Shown: positions 17,907-26,849 of the stretch, in pieces
How positions within the stretch are numbered: the first letter of the stretch is position 1
How the letters are laid out: each line of letters begins with the position of its first letter
From: Vicinamibacteria bacterium
GTDB taxonomy: Bacteria > Acidobacteriota > Vicinamibacteria > Vicinamibacterales > JAENWD01
Direction: 5' to 3'
Length of the DNA stretch: 64,000 bases
Assembly: GCA_016650245.1 (NCBI GenBank)
Contig: JAENWD010000139.1
Coordinates: forward strand, 6,082-70,081
Notes under the pieces: model-generated
Databases searched by the model: none
Told to the model about the DNA's origin: nothing
What the model saw: the letters and a program-made list of their open reading frames with translations, nothing else
Made by a program: the position numbers and the translations under genes

Positions 17907-19622
17907 TCAGGCGCGCATGGCCTCGACGATGATCTGCTCGAGCCCCGCCAGCCCGGCGGCGACATCGCTGCCCAGATGCACACGCAGCGCGCGGCGCTGC
18001 CGATCGACGAGAACCTGGTAGTCGCCGCGCGCCTGCGCCGCCTTCACCACGCCAAAGGAATAGCGTGCGCCGGGCACCGGCAGATCCACCGCGTCCTCGC
18101 AGGTGATCTGCAGGAAGACCCCGGTGTTGGGGCCGCCTTTGTAGGCTTGCCCGGTCGAGTGCAGGAAGCGCGGCCCGAAGCCCACGCACGTGGCGACCTG
18201 CCGGCGATCGCGCACCGCGACCCGCATGCCCGTCAAGGCCTGTTCGTGCGAGTCGGTCATCGGCACGTACGCAAGCAGCGCGAGATAGTCGCCGGTCTTC
18301 AGCCGATCGAGCTGCGCGCGAATCCAGGCAGCCGGACTCGCGTCGTCGGCCAGCGCTGATAGCAACTCGGCGTTGAACGCATCGGTGAACAGGCGCATCG
18401 TCGCGTCAGCCACGATGGGCGTCTCGGCCGGCAGGTGCCCCGTCTTCTCGACGTCGTCGGTCAGCGTGCGCGTTTCGATCTTGCTGGCCTCGACGTCGGG
18501 CTGATCGAACGGGTTGATGCCCATGACCGCGCCGGCCACGGCCGTCGCGATCTCCCAGCGGAAGAACTCCCCTGCCAAGCCGTACACGTCCGGGACGTCA
18601 ATCCGCACCACGGGCCGGCCGGCCGACACCAGGGCCTGGACTGCCGCATCCTGGGCGTCGTCGGGCGCGGTTGACAGCCGGAGGTAGACAAACAAGCGAT
18701 CGGCGCCATACGCCGCTGGGGCCGCGAGGGGCTCTCGATCCACGGGAATGATCGCGTGGCCGTTCTTCCCGGTGGACTCGGCGACCAATTGCTCCAGCCA
18801 CGCGCCCAGATCGTAGATGCGCGGCGAGACGATCGCGGTGAGCTTGTCTACGCCAAGCCGGGCACTGGTCCCCATCACGAGTCCAAGCGCAACACCGGGA
18901 TTACCCTCGACGGTTGCGTGTGCACACCGCGTGGCCATGGTCGCGGCGCTCTCCACCCAGCGCGCCAGGTCGAGGCCCATCGCCGCGGCTGGCACCAGAC
19001 CGAACGGCGACAGCGCCGAGTACCGGCCGCCGATCGACGGCGCGCCCGAGAAGATGCCGCGGAAGCCGTCGCGCCTGGCCGCCGCTTCCAGCTTCGACCC
19101 CGGATCCGTGATCGCAAGGAAGTGCCGGGGCGCCTGCGCCGCGCCGACCGTGGCCACCATGCGATCGAAGAAGTAGGCGCTGAAGATGTTGGGCTCGAGC
19201 GTGGAGCCGGACTTGCTGGCGACGATGACCAGCGTCGAGGCGAGTGGGACGCGGCGGTCCAGCGATTCGACCTGCGCGGGATCGGTCGAGTCGAGCACAT
19301 GGAGCCGCGGCGAACCGGCCTGCGGCCCGAACGACTCGGCCAGGACTTCTGGGCACAGGCTCGACCCGCCCATGCCCAGCAGCAGTACATCGGTGAAGCC
19401 GTCGGCCCTCACGTGTTGGGCGAAGGCCTCGAGCGCGGGCGTGGCGGCTGCGGCATCCGCCGGCGCACTCAGCCAGCCGAGCCAGCGGTCCTCGTCCGCG
19501 CCAGTCCAGAGCGAGGCATCTCGCGCCCAAAGACGTCTGGTGCTGTCGGCGGAGGTCCAGGCCGCAGCGGCGATCTCGACGTCGCCGCGCAGCGGCTGTG
19601 GCAGTTGATCGAACACGCTCAT
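17907..19622 (-). CDS. pgi: Glucose-6-phosphate isomerase
   Basis: [22 protein letters not shown] and [10 protein letters not shown] motifs. I chose the internal ATG at 19622 (MSVFDQL...), which overlaps the rpiB stop as ATGA. The 138 upstream track codons are Arg-rich shadow. Confidence 0.88.
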   Translation of the reverse strand: MSVFDQLPQPLRGDVEIAAAAWTSADSTRRLWARDASLWTGADEDRWLGWLSAPADAAAATPALEAFAQHVRADGFTDVLLLGMGGSSLCPEVLAESFGPQAGSPRLHVLDSTDPAQVESLDRRVPLASTLVIVASKSGSTLEPNIFSAYFFDRMVATVGAAQAPRHFLAITDPGSKLEAAARRDGFRGIFSGAPSIGGRYSALSPFGLVPAAAMGLDLARWVESAATMATRCAHATVEGNPGVALGLVMGTSARLGVDKLTAIVSPRIYDLGAWLEQLVAESTGKNGHAIIPVDREPLAAPAAYGADRLFVYLRLSTAPDDAQDAAVQALVSAGRPVVRIDVPDVYGLAGEFFRWEIATAVAGAVMGINPFDQPDVEASKIETRTLTDDVEKTGHLPAETPIVADATMRLFTDAFNAELLSALADDASPAAWIRAQLDRLKTGDYLALLAYVPMTDSHEQALTGMRVAVRDRRQVATCVGFGPRFLHSTGQAYKGGPNTGVFLQITCEDAVDLPVPGARYSFGVVKAAQARGDYQVLVDRQRRALRVHLGSDVAAGLAGLEQIIVEAMRA

Positions 19623-20095
19623 GAAGGCTCGCCCGTGTCCGTGTGCATCAGCGCGCGGGCTTCGAGCGCCTTGACCTTGTTCAGGCGTCGCACGTGGCGT
19701 TCCGCGTTGGTGAACCGGGCGGCGAGAAACGAGGTGACCAATGCCTCGGCCAGCGCGGACCCGATCACGCGCGCACCCAGCACCAGCACGTTGACGTCGT
19801 CGTGCAGCACGCCTTGCGCGGCCGAGTAGGTGTCGTGGCAAAGCCCTGCGCGGATACCGGGCAGCTTGTTGGCGGCGACACAGGCGCCCACGCCGCTCCC
19901 GCAGACGATCAGTCCGCGCTCTGCGCGGCCGTCGAGCACCGCGCGTCCGACGGCTTCGGCGTAGTCGGGATAGTCCACCGGCTCGGTCGAGTGCGTCCCG
20001 AAGTCGATGACCTCGTGGCCCTGCCCGCGCAGCCATTCAGCCAGATGCTGCTTCAAGGCGACGCCCGCGTGATCCGCTGCTACTGCCACTCGCAT
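19619..20095 (-). CDS. rpiB: Ribose-5-phosphate isomerase B
   Basis: [11 protein letters not shown]..., [16 protein letters not shown] and [11 protein letters not shown], the typical RpiB/LacAB pattern. 158 aa. Confidence 0.9.
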   Translation of the reverse strand: MRVAVAADHAGVALKQHLAEWLRGQGHEVIDFGTHSTEPVDYPDYAEAVGRAVLDGRAERGLIVCGSGVGACVAANKLPGIRAGLCHDTYSAAQGVLHDDVNVLVLGARVIGSALAEALVTSFLAARFTNAERHVRRLNKVKALEARALMHTDTGEPS

Positions 20096-20206
20096 GGCCG
20101 CGTCTGATCCTCCTCGCGCGCTTCAAGCGACGCGCGCAAACGCGAGAATAGCATACCGACTCGTGCGGCACGGGCGGCCGCACCCAGACGCGCTAGACTC
20201 GATCGC

Positions 20207-20890
20207 GTGACTCCCGAGATCGTGGCGGAACAGGTCGCCGAGGCATTTGCCGGCGCGGTGATGCGCGCCGCGACGGCCGGACGACGATTCCGGTGTGCGG
20301 TCCCCGGTGGGTCCATCGCCAGCCGCGTCTTTCCTCGAATGGCGCGTCAAGCCCTCCCGTGGTCGAGCATCGACGTCTTCCTCGCTGACGAACGGCTCGT
20401 CGCCCCCGATCACCCGGACTCGAACGCGCGCGCAGTCCGCGAGCAGTGGCTGGACCACCTCGATACGCTGCGCCCGTCGTTTCACCCGATGACGACGTCC
20501 GGCGGCAGCGCCGAAGCCGCCGCGCGGCTGGCGTCGCTCACGTTGTGCGAGGTGGCAGGGACGCCGCCGCGCCTCGATCTGGTCATGCTTGGCGTGGGGC
20601 CGGACGGCCACGTCGCATCGCTCTTCCCAGGGCTCCATGGCTGGCGCCAGTCGTCAGCGTGGGTGCTGGCGGTGCACGGCGCGCCCAAGCCGCCGCCGGA
20701 CCGACTGTCCCTGGGGCTGGCCGCACTCGCCGCCTCGCACGAGATCTGGTTTGTCGCCTTCGGAGCGGAGAAGGCGGCGGCGATTGCGGAGGCACGCGCC
20801 GTGCCGCACTCGCCGCTGCCGGTGGCCGTCGTCGCGCGCAGCGGTCCGCGCGTGCGGTGGTTTCTCGATCGGGAGGCTAGCGCGTCTTGA
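20207..20890 (+). CDS. pgl: 6-phosphogluconolactonase
   Basis: [14 protein letters not shown] and [15 protein letters not shown] motifs. GTG start with TAGACT 7 nt upstream. Confidence 0.85.
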   Translation: MTPEIVAEQVAEAFAGAVMRAATAGRRFRCAVPGGSIASRVFPRMARQALPWSSIDVFLADERLVAPDHPDSNARAVREQWLDHLDTLRPSFHPMTTSGGSAEAAARLASLTLCEVAGTPPRLDLVMLGVGPDGHVASLFPGLHGWRQSSAWVLAVHGAPKPPPDRLSLGLAALAASHEIWFVAFGAEKAAAIAEARAVPHSPLPVAVVARSGPRVRWFLDREASAS

Positions 20891-21308
20891 GCAGGTCGCG
20901 GATCTCGGCGAGCAGCTGCTCGCTTGGCGTGGGAGCCGGCGGCGCGGCCGGCGCAGGGGTTGGTTCCCGGCGCGCGGCGTTGACGCCTTTGACGATCATG
21001 AACACCGCGAAGGCGACGATCGTGAAGCTGATGATCGCGTTGATGAAGACGCCGATGTTGAGCGTCACGGCGCTGGCGGTCTTCGCATCGGCCAGCGTCG
21101 CGTAGGGGCCCGGCCCCTTGGCCCCCTCTTTGAGCACGACGAAAAGGTTCGCGAAGTCAACGCCGCCCAACAGCAGTCCGACCGGCGGCATGATCACGTC
21201 GTTCACCAGCGAGGTCACGATGGTGCCAAATGCCGCGCCGACGATCAGGCCCACGGCCATGTCCACCACGTTGCCGCGGATGGCGAACTCTCGGAATTCC
21301 TTCAGCAT
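20877..21308 (-). CDS. mscL: Large-conductance mechanosensitive channel
   Basis: [28 protein letters not shown]...DVIMPPVG. I chose the internal ATG at 21308, with AGGAGA 4 nt upstream. The 3' end overlaps pgl convergently by 14 nt. Confidence 0.92.
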   Translation of the reverse strand: MLKEFREFAIRGNVVDMAVGLIVGAAFGTIVTSLVNDVIMPPVGLLLGGVDFANLFVVLKEGAKGPGPYATLADAKTASAVTLNIGVFINAIISFTIVAFAVFMIVKGVNAARREPTPAPAAPPAPTPSEQLLAEIRDLLKTR

Positions 21309-21331
21309 GCAGTCTCCTGGGAACGCGGCGA

Positions 21332-21349
21332 CCAGCGCCACCGCGCTGG
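21332..21349 (-). terminator. Hairpin CCAGCGC-cacc-GCGCTGG 2 nt after the TIM-barrel gene stop
   Basis: 7-bp perfect stem read directly, with no U tract. It separates the upstream gene from the mscL Shine-Dalgarno site. Confidence 0.35.
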
Positions 21350-21350
21350 C

Positions 21351-22286
21351 CTATGCAAATGCGTCGCGCAGCAGCGCGTAGCTCTTGGGCACCGCCGTAG
21401 CTGGGTCCTCCTTGCCCTCCATTTCGAGCGAGACCCAGCCGGAGAATCCGGCGGTACGCAGGATGCCGGCGATCCGCGTGTAGTCCAGGTCCAGTGTGTA
21501 CCACTCGCCGCCACCGTAATACGTCTTGGCCTGCACGATCGACGCGTACGGCGCCAACGTCGTGATGCCGGGGTAGGGGTCCTCAGGGTAGTTGCCCGTG
21601 TCCAGGTTCACACCCAGCCATGGCGAGTTGACCGCCTTGTGGATCCGGATGACGTTTTCCACCTTGGTCGTCAGGCCCCAGTGGTTCTCAATCATCATCG
21701 CGACGCCTTCCTTCTGCGCGGTCGGCAGGCAGGCGTTGATGGACTCGATGACCCAGTCGAAGGCGTTGTTGTCGGTGAATCCCGCGATCGGCGGCTCTTC
21801 GCCCTTGACCTTCATCAGATCGTCGAACGACGCGATGGTGTTCCAGCGGCCCGAGTTGAGCCGGATGGACGGGATGCCGAGCCGGGCGGCCAGCTCGAGG
21901 CAGCGCTTCGTGTGGTCGATGTCCTTCTGCCGTTCGGCGAGGTCTGGCGTCACGAAATCCTGATGGATGGAGAGCATCACGAGATCGACACCCGCGCGAA
22001 AGGCGCGCTGTTTGAGGCCGTTGACATAGGCCGCGCCTTCCTCGGGCATCTGGCGGTGCAGGATCTCGACGCCGTCGAATCCGACCCGCGCCGCATCGTC
22101 AATCACATGCTCGATCGGCGTGCGCTCCCCGCGGAAGTGCCAATACGAGTAGCTCGAGACCGCCAGCTTGACGGGTCGGGCCTTCGGTACGGGCCTGGGG
22201 CCGGGCGATTGTGCATGCGCGGCAACAGAACTCAGTGGCAACGCGGCAAGGCCCGCGCCGAGGAAGGAGCGTCGTGTGAGGGACAT
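21351..22286 (-). CDS. Sugar phosphate isomerase/epimerase (xylose-isomerase-like TIM barrel) with TAT-type signal
   Basis: [12 protein letters not shown] twin-arginine signal, then GFDGVEI...IRLNSG...ENHWG...NLDTGN, the pattern of AP-endonuclease-2/TIM-barrel proteins. TAAGCT lies 7 nt upstream of the ATG. Confidence 0.8.
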   Translation of the reverse strand: MSLTRRSFLGAGLAALPLSSVAAHAQSPGPRPVPKARPVKLAVSSYSYWHFRGERTPIEHVIDDAARVGFDGVEILHRQMPEEGAAYVNGLKQRAFRAGVDLVMLSIHQDFVTPDLAERQKDIDHTKRCLELAARLGIPSIRLNSGRWNTIASFDDLMKVKGEEPPIAGFTDNNAFDWVIESINACLPTAQKEGVAMMIENHWGLTTKVENVIRIHKAVNSPWLGVNLDTGNYPEDPYPGITTLAPYASIVQAKTYYGGGEWYTLDLDYTRIAGILRTAGFSGWVSLEMEGKEDPATAVPKSYALLRDAFA

Positions 22287-22319
22287 TTGCCGGAGCTTAG
22301 TCGTCCGAGCCGGCCAAGA

Positions 22320-22778
22320 TCAACCCGCGTAAGGGCTACGCCCCTTCACGCTCGCCAGATACTCGGCGAACCGCTCGTTGAAGAGCGCGCCTGGACGCCG
22401 CTCTCGCAGTCGCTCGACGGCGGCGGAGCCGTCCACCCCAAGTTCGGTGAGGATCAGCCCGGCGAGCAGGGCCGACCGGTTGAAGCCCATGCCGCAGTGC
22501 GCCAATACCTTCTGCCCGCTGCGAATCAAGTGGGCACCGAGCATGGCCAGCGCCCGCATCCGCGCAAGATCCGGCAGGTCTTCGTCGTAGATGTGATGGT
22601 AGATGTAGAGCAGGTGGCCAGGCCTGGTGGACACACCCTGGTCGAGATCGCCCTCCAAGTCGATGATGACCTCGATGCCCCGATCGTGGACGAGCGACCA
22701 GTCGCTGATGAGGGGCGAAATGAACAGCCGCTCGTCGTCGTCGATCGGAAACAATTGCGTCGGCAGCAGCGAGGTCAT
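22320..22778 (-). CDS. Dual-specificity / tyrosine protein phosphatase family protein
   Basis: P-loop HCxxGxxRS (AHCGMGFNRS). 152 aa with no signal peptide. Confidence 0.75.
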   Translation of the reverse strand: MTSLLPTQLFPIDDDERLFISPLISDWSLVHDRGIEVIIDLEGDLDQGVSTRPGHLLYIYHHIYDEDLPDLARMRALAMLGAHLIRSGQKVLAHCGMGFNRSALLAGLILTELGVDGSAAVERLRERRPGALFNERFAEYLASVKGRSPYAG

Positions 22779-22793
22779 CGCGGGTGAGCGACG

Positions 22794-22801
22794 AGTATAG
22801 T
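22794..22801. promoter_or_regulatory. AT-rich patch AGTATAGT reading as -10-like hexamers on both strands
   Basis: TATAGT on + (22796-22801) and TATACT on - (22799-22794), between divergent starts 22778(-) and 22870(+). Confidence 0.3.
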
Positions 22802-22869
22802 GGAGCCGCCCCCTCCCGGCGCCGCTGATCGCGACATGACTCGTGCAGACTTACGTACACAATAGTCCG

Positions 22870-25689
22870 ATGCTGGTCCGCCTGGGACGCCTGCTGCCGA
22901 CGCTCTGCGCGCTGGTGTTGGCCGCCCCGGCCTGGGCCGCAGCGCCCGACTGGGGGATGGTGTCGCTGCCTGGTGGCCGCGCCGGATTGCTGCCGCGACT
23001 TGGGATGGCCCCCGACGTCCCGGTCGCCATCGTCGTCGGCGAGCTCATCCGCGTCGTGCACGCCTCGAGCGAGCGCGAGAACGCGGCACTCGACACGGTT
23101 CGACGTTATTTCGCGTCTCCACCCAGAAGCCCGGCTGAACTGGTCCCAGTGCCACTGCCAGTCTCGATGTGGCGCGACCTGCTTGGCAACGCGGTCACCG
23201 ACCTGAACCTGGTCAGCGCGGTGCTGCAGGACCGGCGCGCGGCGATGCTCTGCTACGGCCTGCTCCAGCTCGATCGCGAGACGCTGGCGACTGTGGCGGG
23301 CGACCCAGGGCTGCTCCGCCGTCTCTACCAACGCCACTCCGGCGTGTTTGCGGCCTTCGCGCAGGTGCTGAAGGTCCGCGATGGCCGCTTGGAGCTGCCC
23401 GGGGGCGACGACAACGCCGCGACCTGGGCCGCGCTGGTCGGCGAGCCGCTCACCGATCCCGCTCGCGCGATGGCCGCACTCGTCGACGCCGATGACGGAC
23501 GGCTGCTCTACTTCACCGATACGGTGGCGGGACTTGACGCCGCGCGGCTCGGCCTTGTCTTCCGTGGCGCGACCTCCGACACGACGCCGCTCGATCAGGC
23601 GCGCAGCGTGTATCGCGCCTTCACGCGCATCGAGCCGAGCTGGAAGCTCGGCGACTTCCCGTTCGTGCGCCTCGGCGCCGACGCGGCGCTGCTGCTGCCA
23701 GTGCTGCGCACAGATCCGGCAACCGGGCGGCTTCGCCACTCCAAGGCATTCTGGGAGGTCGCGTTCGGCGAGCGGCGGCTGCCCGACGACGTCGCCTCGC
23801 GCGTGACTCTCGACGGGGGGGAGCGCGCCGAGCCGGGCTGGCTGCTACGGCGCTTGACCGATGCGCTCCTGCCCGTGCGCGTCGAGCGTCTGCTCGTCTA
23901 CGAATTCACCGAGCGCCTGACCGATCGGCTGGCGGGCGCATCGGCCGCCGACCTGGCGAGACTGGTTCGCGGGTACCGTCGCTATCCGGCGTTGATGCTG
24001 GCGCTCGAACGGATCGGAATCAACGACGTCGCAGTGCTTACGCGGATGGTCGCCCACGCCGAACGCGTGACCGAGGTCGCCGACGACGCCGCCGCGCTCG
24101 AAATCGGGCTGGCGCTGTATCAGGCGCCGCTGATGCTGGTCACCCGGGCGCATCAGGCACGGGCCCTCGACGATCAGGCCGGGCGGAGGCTGGTGGCATC
24201 GCTGAGTGAGATCGAGCCGTCGCGCGATGGCTACGGACGTGCGGTCGCCCGCTGGTTCGACACGGCACTTCTGCCCGCCCTCGGCCACAACCCGTCGCTT
24301 GAAGGGGCCTCGCCGGAGGCGACGGTGCTTGAAGCGGTCGCGGGACTCCGCGCGCCGGCCAGCACCACCGCACCGGGCACGGTGACCTGGGAGGCACACC
24401 CCTATCGCGTCGACGTCGCCGCGCCGGAGCTGGCGCGCCTCACGGAAGCGCGCAGGTTGCAGGGGGGCAACACGCTCGACACCGCGCTGTCTTTGTGCCG
24501 GCTCGGCGCCACACTGGCCAAAGGCGACAGCCTCGACACCGCGCGCCAGGCAGCGGCCTGGTTGGATCAGCTGCGCACCGCGCTGGCACCGATCGAGCCC
24601 AGTGAGCGCATCACCGCGTCGCCGCCGCCGGATCTGGCGTCGCTGTCCGAACAGGCCTCGCGCGACCTGGCCCGCGTCCGGGCGCGCGGTGATTTGAAGC
24701 GCCTGGGCGCCATCGCGACTCGCCTCGGGCGGGCCGAGGACGCCGCGCTGGCCGACGTGCTGACGTCGCTCCTCTACGCCATCTGGCTTGGCGACCCGCA
24801 GGGCCAGGCCTTTCTGGCGGGCAATGTCGCGCGGCGACACGACTACGGGGTGCGACTGATGAGCGGCGCAGGCCGCGAAGAAACGCCCTGGGAGCTGCCC
24901 GTCGAGACCTCGGGCGACGGCGAGCCCTGGCACCTGCGCGGCGCGCTCCTGGGCCTCGATGTCGGCCTGGCTCGCCTGGCGCTGCGTCGCACACGGTTCG
25001 ATCGGCCCGATGATCGGCCCACGCTCAACGACGGCGACCGCCGCACGTTCATGCTCGGTCTGGCGTTGACCGACGCCGCCGATCTCGATCAGGCCACCGC
25101 GACGCGCGTGGCTGCGTGGCTGCGAGACGGCCGCGCGATGGCCGAGTCGCCCGATCGGCTGGAGGGACGGCTCGACGCCCTGGACCTGGACGGCCGCCGC
25201 CGCCAGGCGATCGCCTGGGCGGGGGCGCACCTGCCCGATCAGGTTGCGCCGCTGCTCATGCGCACTGAGCTGGTCGTGCTCGGACGCCCCGCCGACGCCG
25301 AACTGCCGGCCGCGTGGGGCGCGGCCGACACGCCGCGCAGCGGTTGCCTGTGCCTCCAGTTCCCCGCCCCGCCATCGGTGCAACACTACGCGGGCCGGGC
25401 AGGCGCGGGGCTACTGGCCTCGCGCATGACGGACCTGAAGCTGCGGGTGCTCGAGGTGCTCGACGAGCGGCACCTGCCTGCAGCGCTCACGCGTGGCGTG
25501 CTGGCCTCCGCTCTTCAGGACTATCTTGATGAGGCGCGCCCGTTGCACGGCGACGACTGGTTCACGCTGGCCCGACAGGTCGACCGCGTGACCGCCGATC
25601 GCTTCGACGACTACATTGCCGCGCTGACGGCCGGCGGACCGCTGGTGCCGCTGGAGCCCGTCCAGGCACCGACCAACGGACATCCGTGA
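22870..25689 (+). CDS. Large secreted hypothetical protein (939 aa), Ala/Leu/Arg-rich and helical
   Basis: Signal peptide MLVRLGRLLPTLCALVLAAPAWA from ATG 22870 (track ORF starts at GTG 22843). Consistent third-position GC throughout. No motif recognised. Its stop overlaps the next start. Confidence 0.6.
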   Translation: MLVRLGRLLPTLCALVLAAPAWAAAPDWGMVSLPGGRAGLLPRLGMAPDVPVAIVVGELIRVVHASSERENAALDTVRRYFASPPRSPAELVPVPLPVSMWRDLLGNAVTDLNLVSAVLQDRRAAMLCYGLLQLDRETLATVAGDPGLLRRLYQRHSGVFAAFAQVLKVRDGRLELPGGDDNAATWAALVGEPLTDPARAMAALVDADDGRLLYFTDTVAGLDAARLGLVFRGATSDTTPLDQARSVYRAFTRIEPSWKLGDFPFVRLGADAALLLPVLRTDPATGRLRHSKAFWEVAFGERRLPDDVASRVTLDGGERAEPGWLLRRLTDALLPVRVERLLVYEFTERLTDRLAGASAADLARLVRGYRRYPALMLALERIGINDVAVLTRMVAHAERVTEVADDAAALEIGLALYQAPLMLVTRAHQARALDDQAGRRLVASLSEIEPSRDGYGRAVARWFDTALLPALGHNPSLEGASPEATVLEAVAGLRAPASTTAPGTVTWEAHPYRVDVAAPELARLTEARRLQGGNTLDTALSLCRLGATLAKGDSLDTARQAAAWLDQLRTALAPIEPSERITASPPPDLASLSEQASRDLARVRARGDLKRLGAIATRLGRAEDAALADVLTSLLYAIWLGDPQGQAFLAGNVARRHDYGVRLMSGAGREETPWELPVETSGDGEPWHLRGALLGLDVGLARLALRRTRFDRPDDRPTLNDGDRRTFMLGLALTDAADLDQATATRVAAWLRDGRAMAESPDRLEGRLDALDLDGRRRQAIAWAGAHLPDQVAPLLMRTELVVLGRPADAELPAAWGAADTPRSGCLCLQFPAPPSVQHYAGRAGAGLLASRMTDLKLRVLEVLDERHLPAALTRGVLASALQDYLDEARPLHGDDWFTLARQVDRVTADRFDDYIAALTAGGPLVPLEPVQAPTNGHP

Positions 25690-26849
25690 TGCTGCGACGT
25701 GTCATGCCTGCGGCCGTGCTCGCCGCAATCGTTCTGCCGGCGGCCGCCTGGGCGCAAGTGCCCGCCCTCGAACCGCTGGTGATCAGCTCGCCGGCCGAGG
25801 GCAGTTACATCACGGGGCCGGTCTTGCTGCAGGTGCGCGCCAAGGCGCCTGGCGAGGTCCGCGTGGTCACGTTTTTCGCCGACGGACGCAGCGTCTGCAC
25901 GGTGCTGCTCCCGCCGTTCGAGTGCAACTGGGACGCCGGGGCTGGACTCAAGGAGCACGTCGTGCGTGCCGTGGCGACCCTGGCCGATGGCGCCAGATTG
26001 GTGGCCACTTCACGCACGCGAAGCGCCGGCTACATCGAGGCCGTCGAGGTCGAGGTCGTGCAGGTGACGGCGACCGTTGTCGACAACCAGAGACGCTTCG
26101 TCAAGGGACTGACCAAAGATCAGTTTCGAGTGAAGGAGGACGGCGTGCTGCAACGCCTGACCGCGTTTGCCGGCGAGAACGTCCCCCTGGAAATCGTCGT
26201 GGCCGTCGACGTCAGCCACAGCATGACCGAGGCGATGCCGACGTTGAAGGCGGCCGTACGCACCTTCCTCACTGCGCTGAGGCCAGCCGACCAGGTGACC
26301 TTGCTGGCGTTCAACGACAACATCTTCACGCTGGCACGGCGGGCCACCGAGCCTGCCCTGCGCGTGCGCGCCGTCGAACGGCTGGCACCGTGGGGCGGCA
26401 CGGCCCTGTTTGACGCGATGCTCACCGCGCTCAACACCGTCGGCAAGCAGCCCGGTCGCCGCGCGCTGGTCGTCTTCAGCGACGGCGAGGACCAGAACTC
26501 CGTGGCCACCCTCACGCGCGTGGAGACGCGGCTCGAAACCAGCGACGCGACCATCTACACGATCGGTCTCGGGCGCAGCGTCAAGGACAAAGACCTCGCG
26601 CAGGTGATGGCGCGCATGTCGCAGATGAGCGGCGGACGCTCGTTTCTGCTCGACGACATCAACGAGCTCGAGAAGGTCTTCGCCGACATCGTCGAAGAGC
26701 TCTCGAATCAGTACTTGCTGTCGTACGCTTCGTCAAACGACGCGCACGACGGGAATTTGCGCAAGATCCTGGTCGAGTTGCCCGCACAGAAACACCAGGT
26801 GCGCCATCGGCAGGGCTACCGGGCGGCCGGAGGAAAGAAGAAGCCATGA
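25689..26849 (+). CDS. Secreted VWA-domain protein of the Acidobacteria-expanded VWFA-related type
   Basis: Signal peptide, an Ig-like N-terminal segment, then a VWA domain with MIDAS DVSHSM...GGTALFDA...VVFSDGEDQNS. The layout matches what I recall of TIGR03436. Start is ATG 25689 (TGATG) or GTG 25686. Confidence 0.8.
   Translation: MLRRVMPAAVLAAIVLPAAAWAQVPALEPLVISSPAEGSYITGPVLLQVRAKAPGEVRVVTFFADGRSVCTVLLPPFECNWDAGAGLKEHVVRAVATLADGARLVATSRTRSAGYIEAVEVEVVQVTATVVDNQRRFVKGLTKDQFRVKEDGVLQRLTAFAGENVPLEIVVAVDVSHSMTEAMPTLKAAVRTFLTALRPADQVTLLAFNDNIFTLARRATEPALRVRAVERLAPWGGTALFDAMLTALNTVGKQPGRRALVVFSDGEDQNSVATLTRVETRLETSDATIYTIGLGRSVKDKDLAQVMARMSQMSGGRSFLLDDINELEKVFADIVEELSNQYLLSYASSNDAHDGNLRKILVELPAQKHQVRHRQGYRAAGGKKKP

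Noticed and set aside
19623-20036. 138-codon N-terminal extension of the pgi ORF
   Set aside because: The extension is Arg-rich shadow overlapping rpiB in another frame. The PGI sequence starts at MSVFDQL, with an ATGA junction to rpiB. Similar extensions were trimmed for gatB, gnd, mscL, cutC, yihY, the NHL gene, ogt, the hydrolase, the ABC ATPase and the iron-permease gene.
20589-22787. 732-aa plus-strand ORF
   Set aside because: It is antisense to mscL, the TIM-barrel gene and the phosphatase gene, which all have clear family motifs. It has shadow composition.
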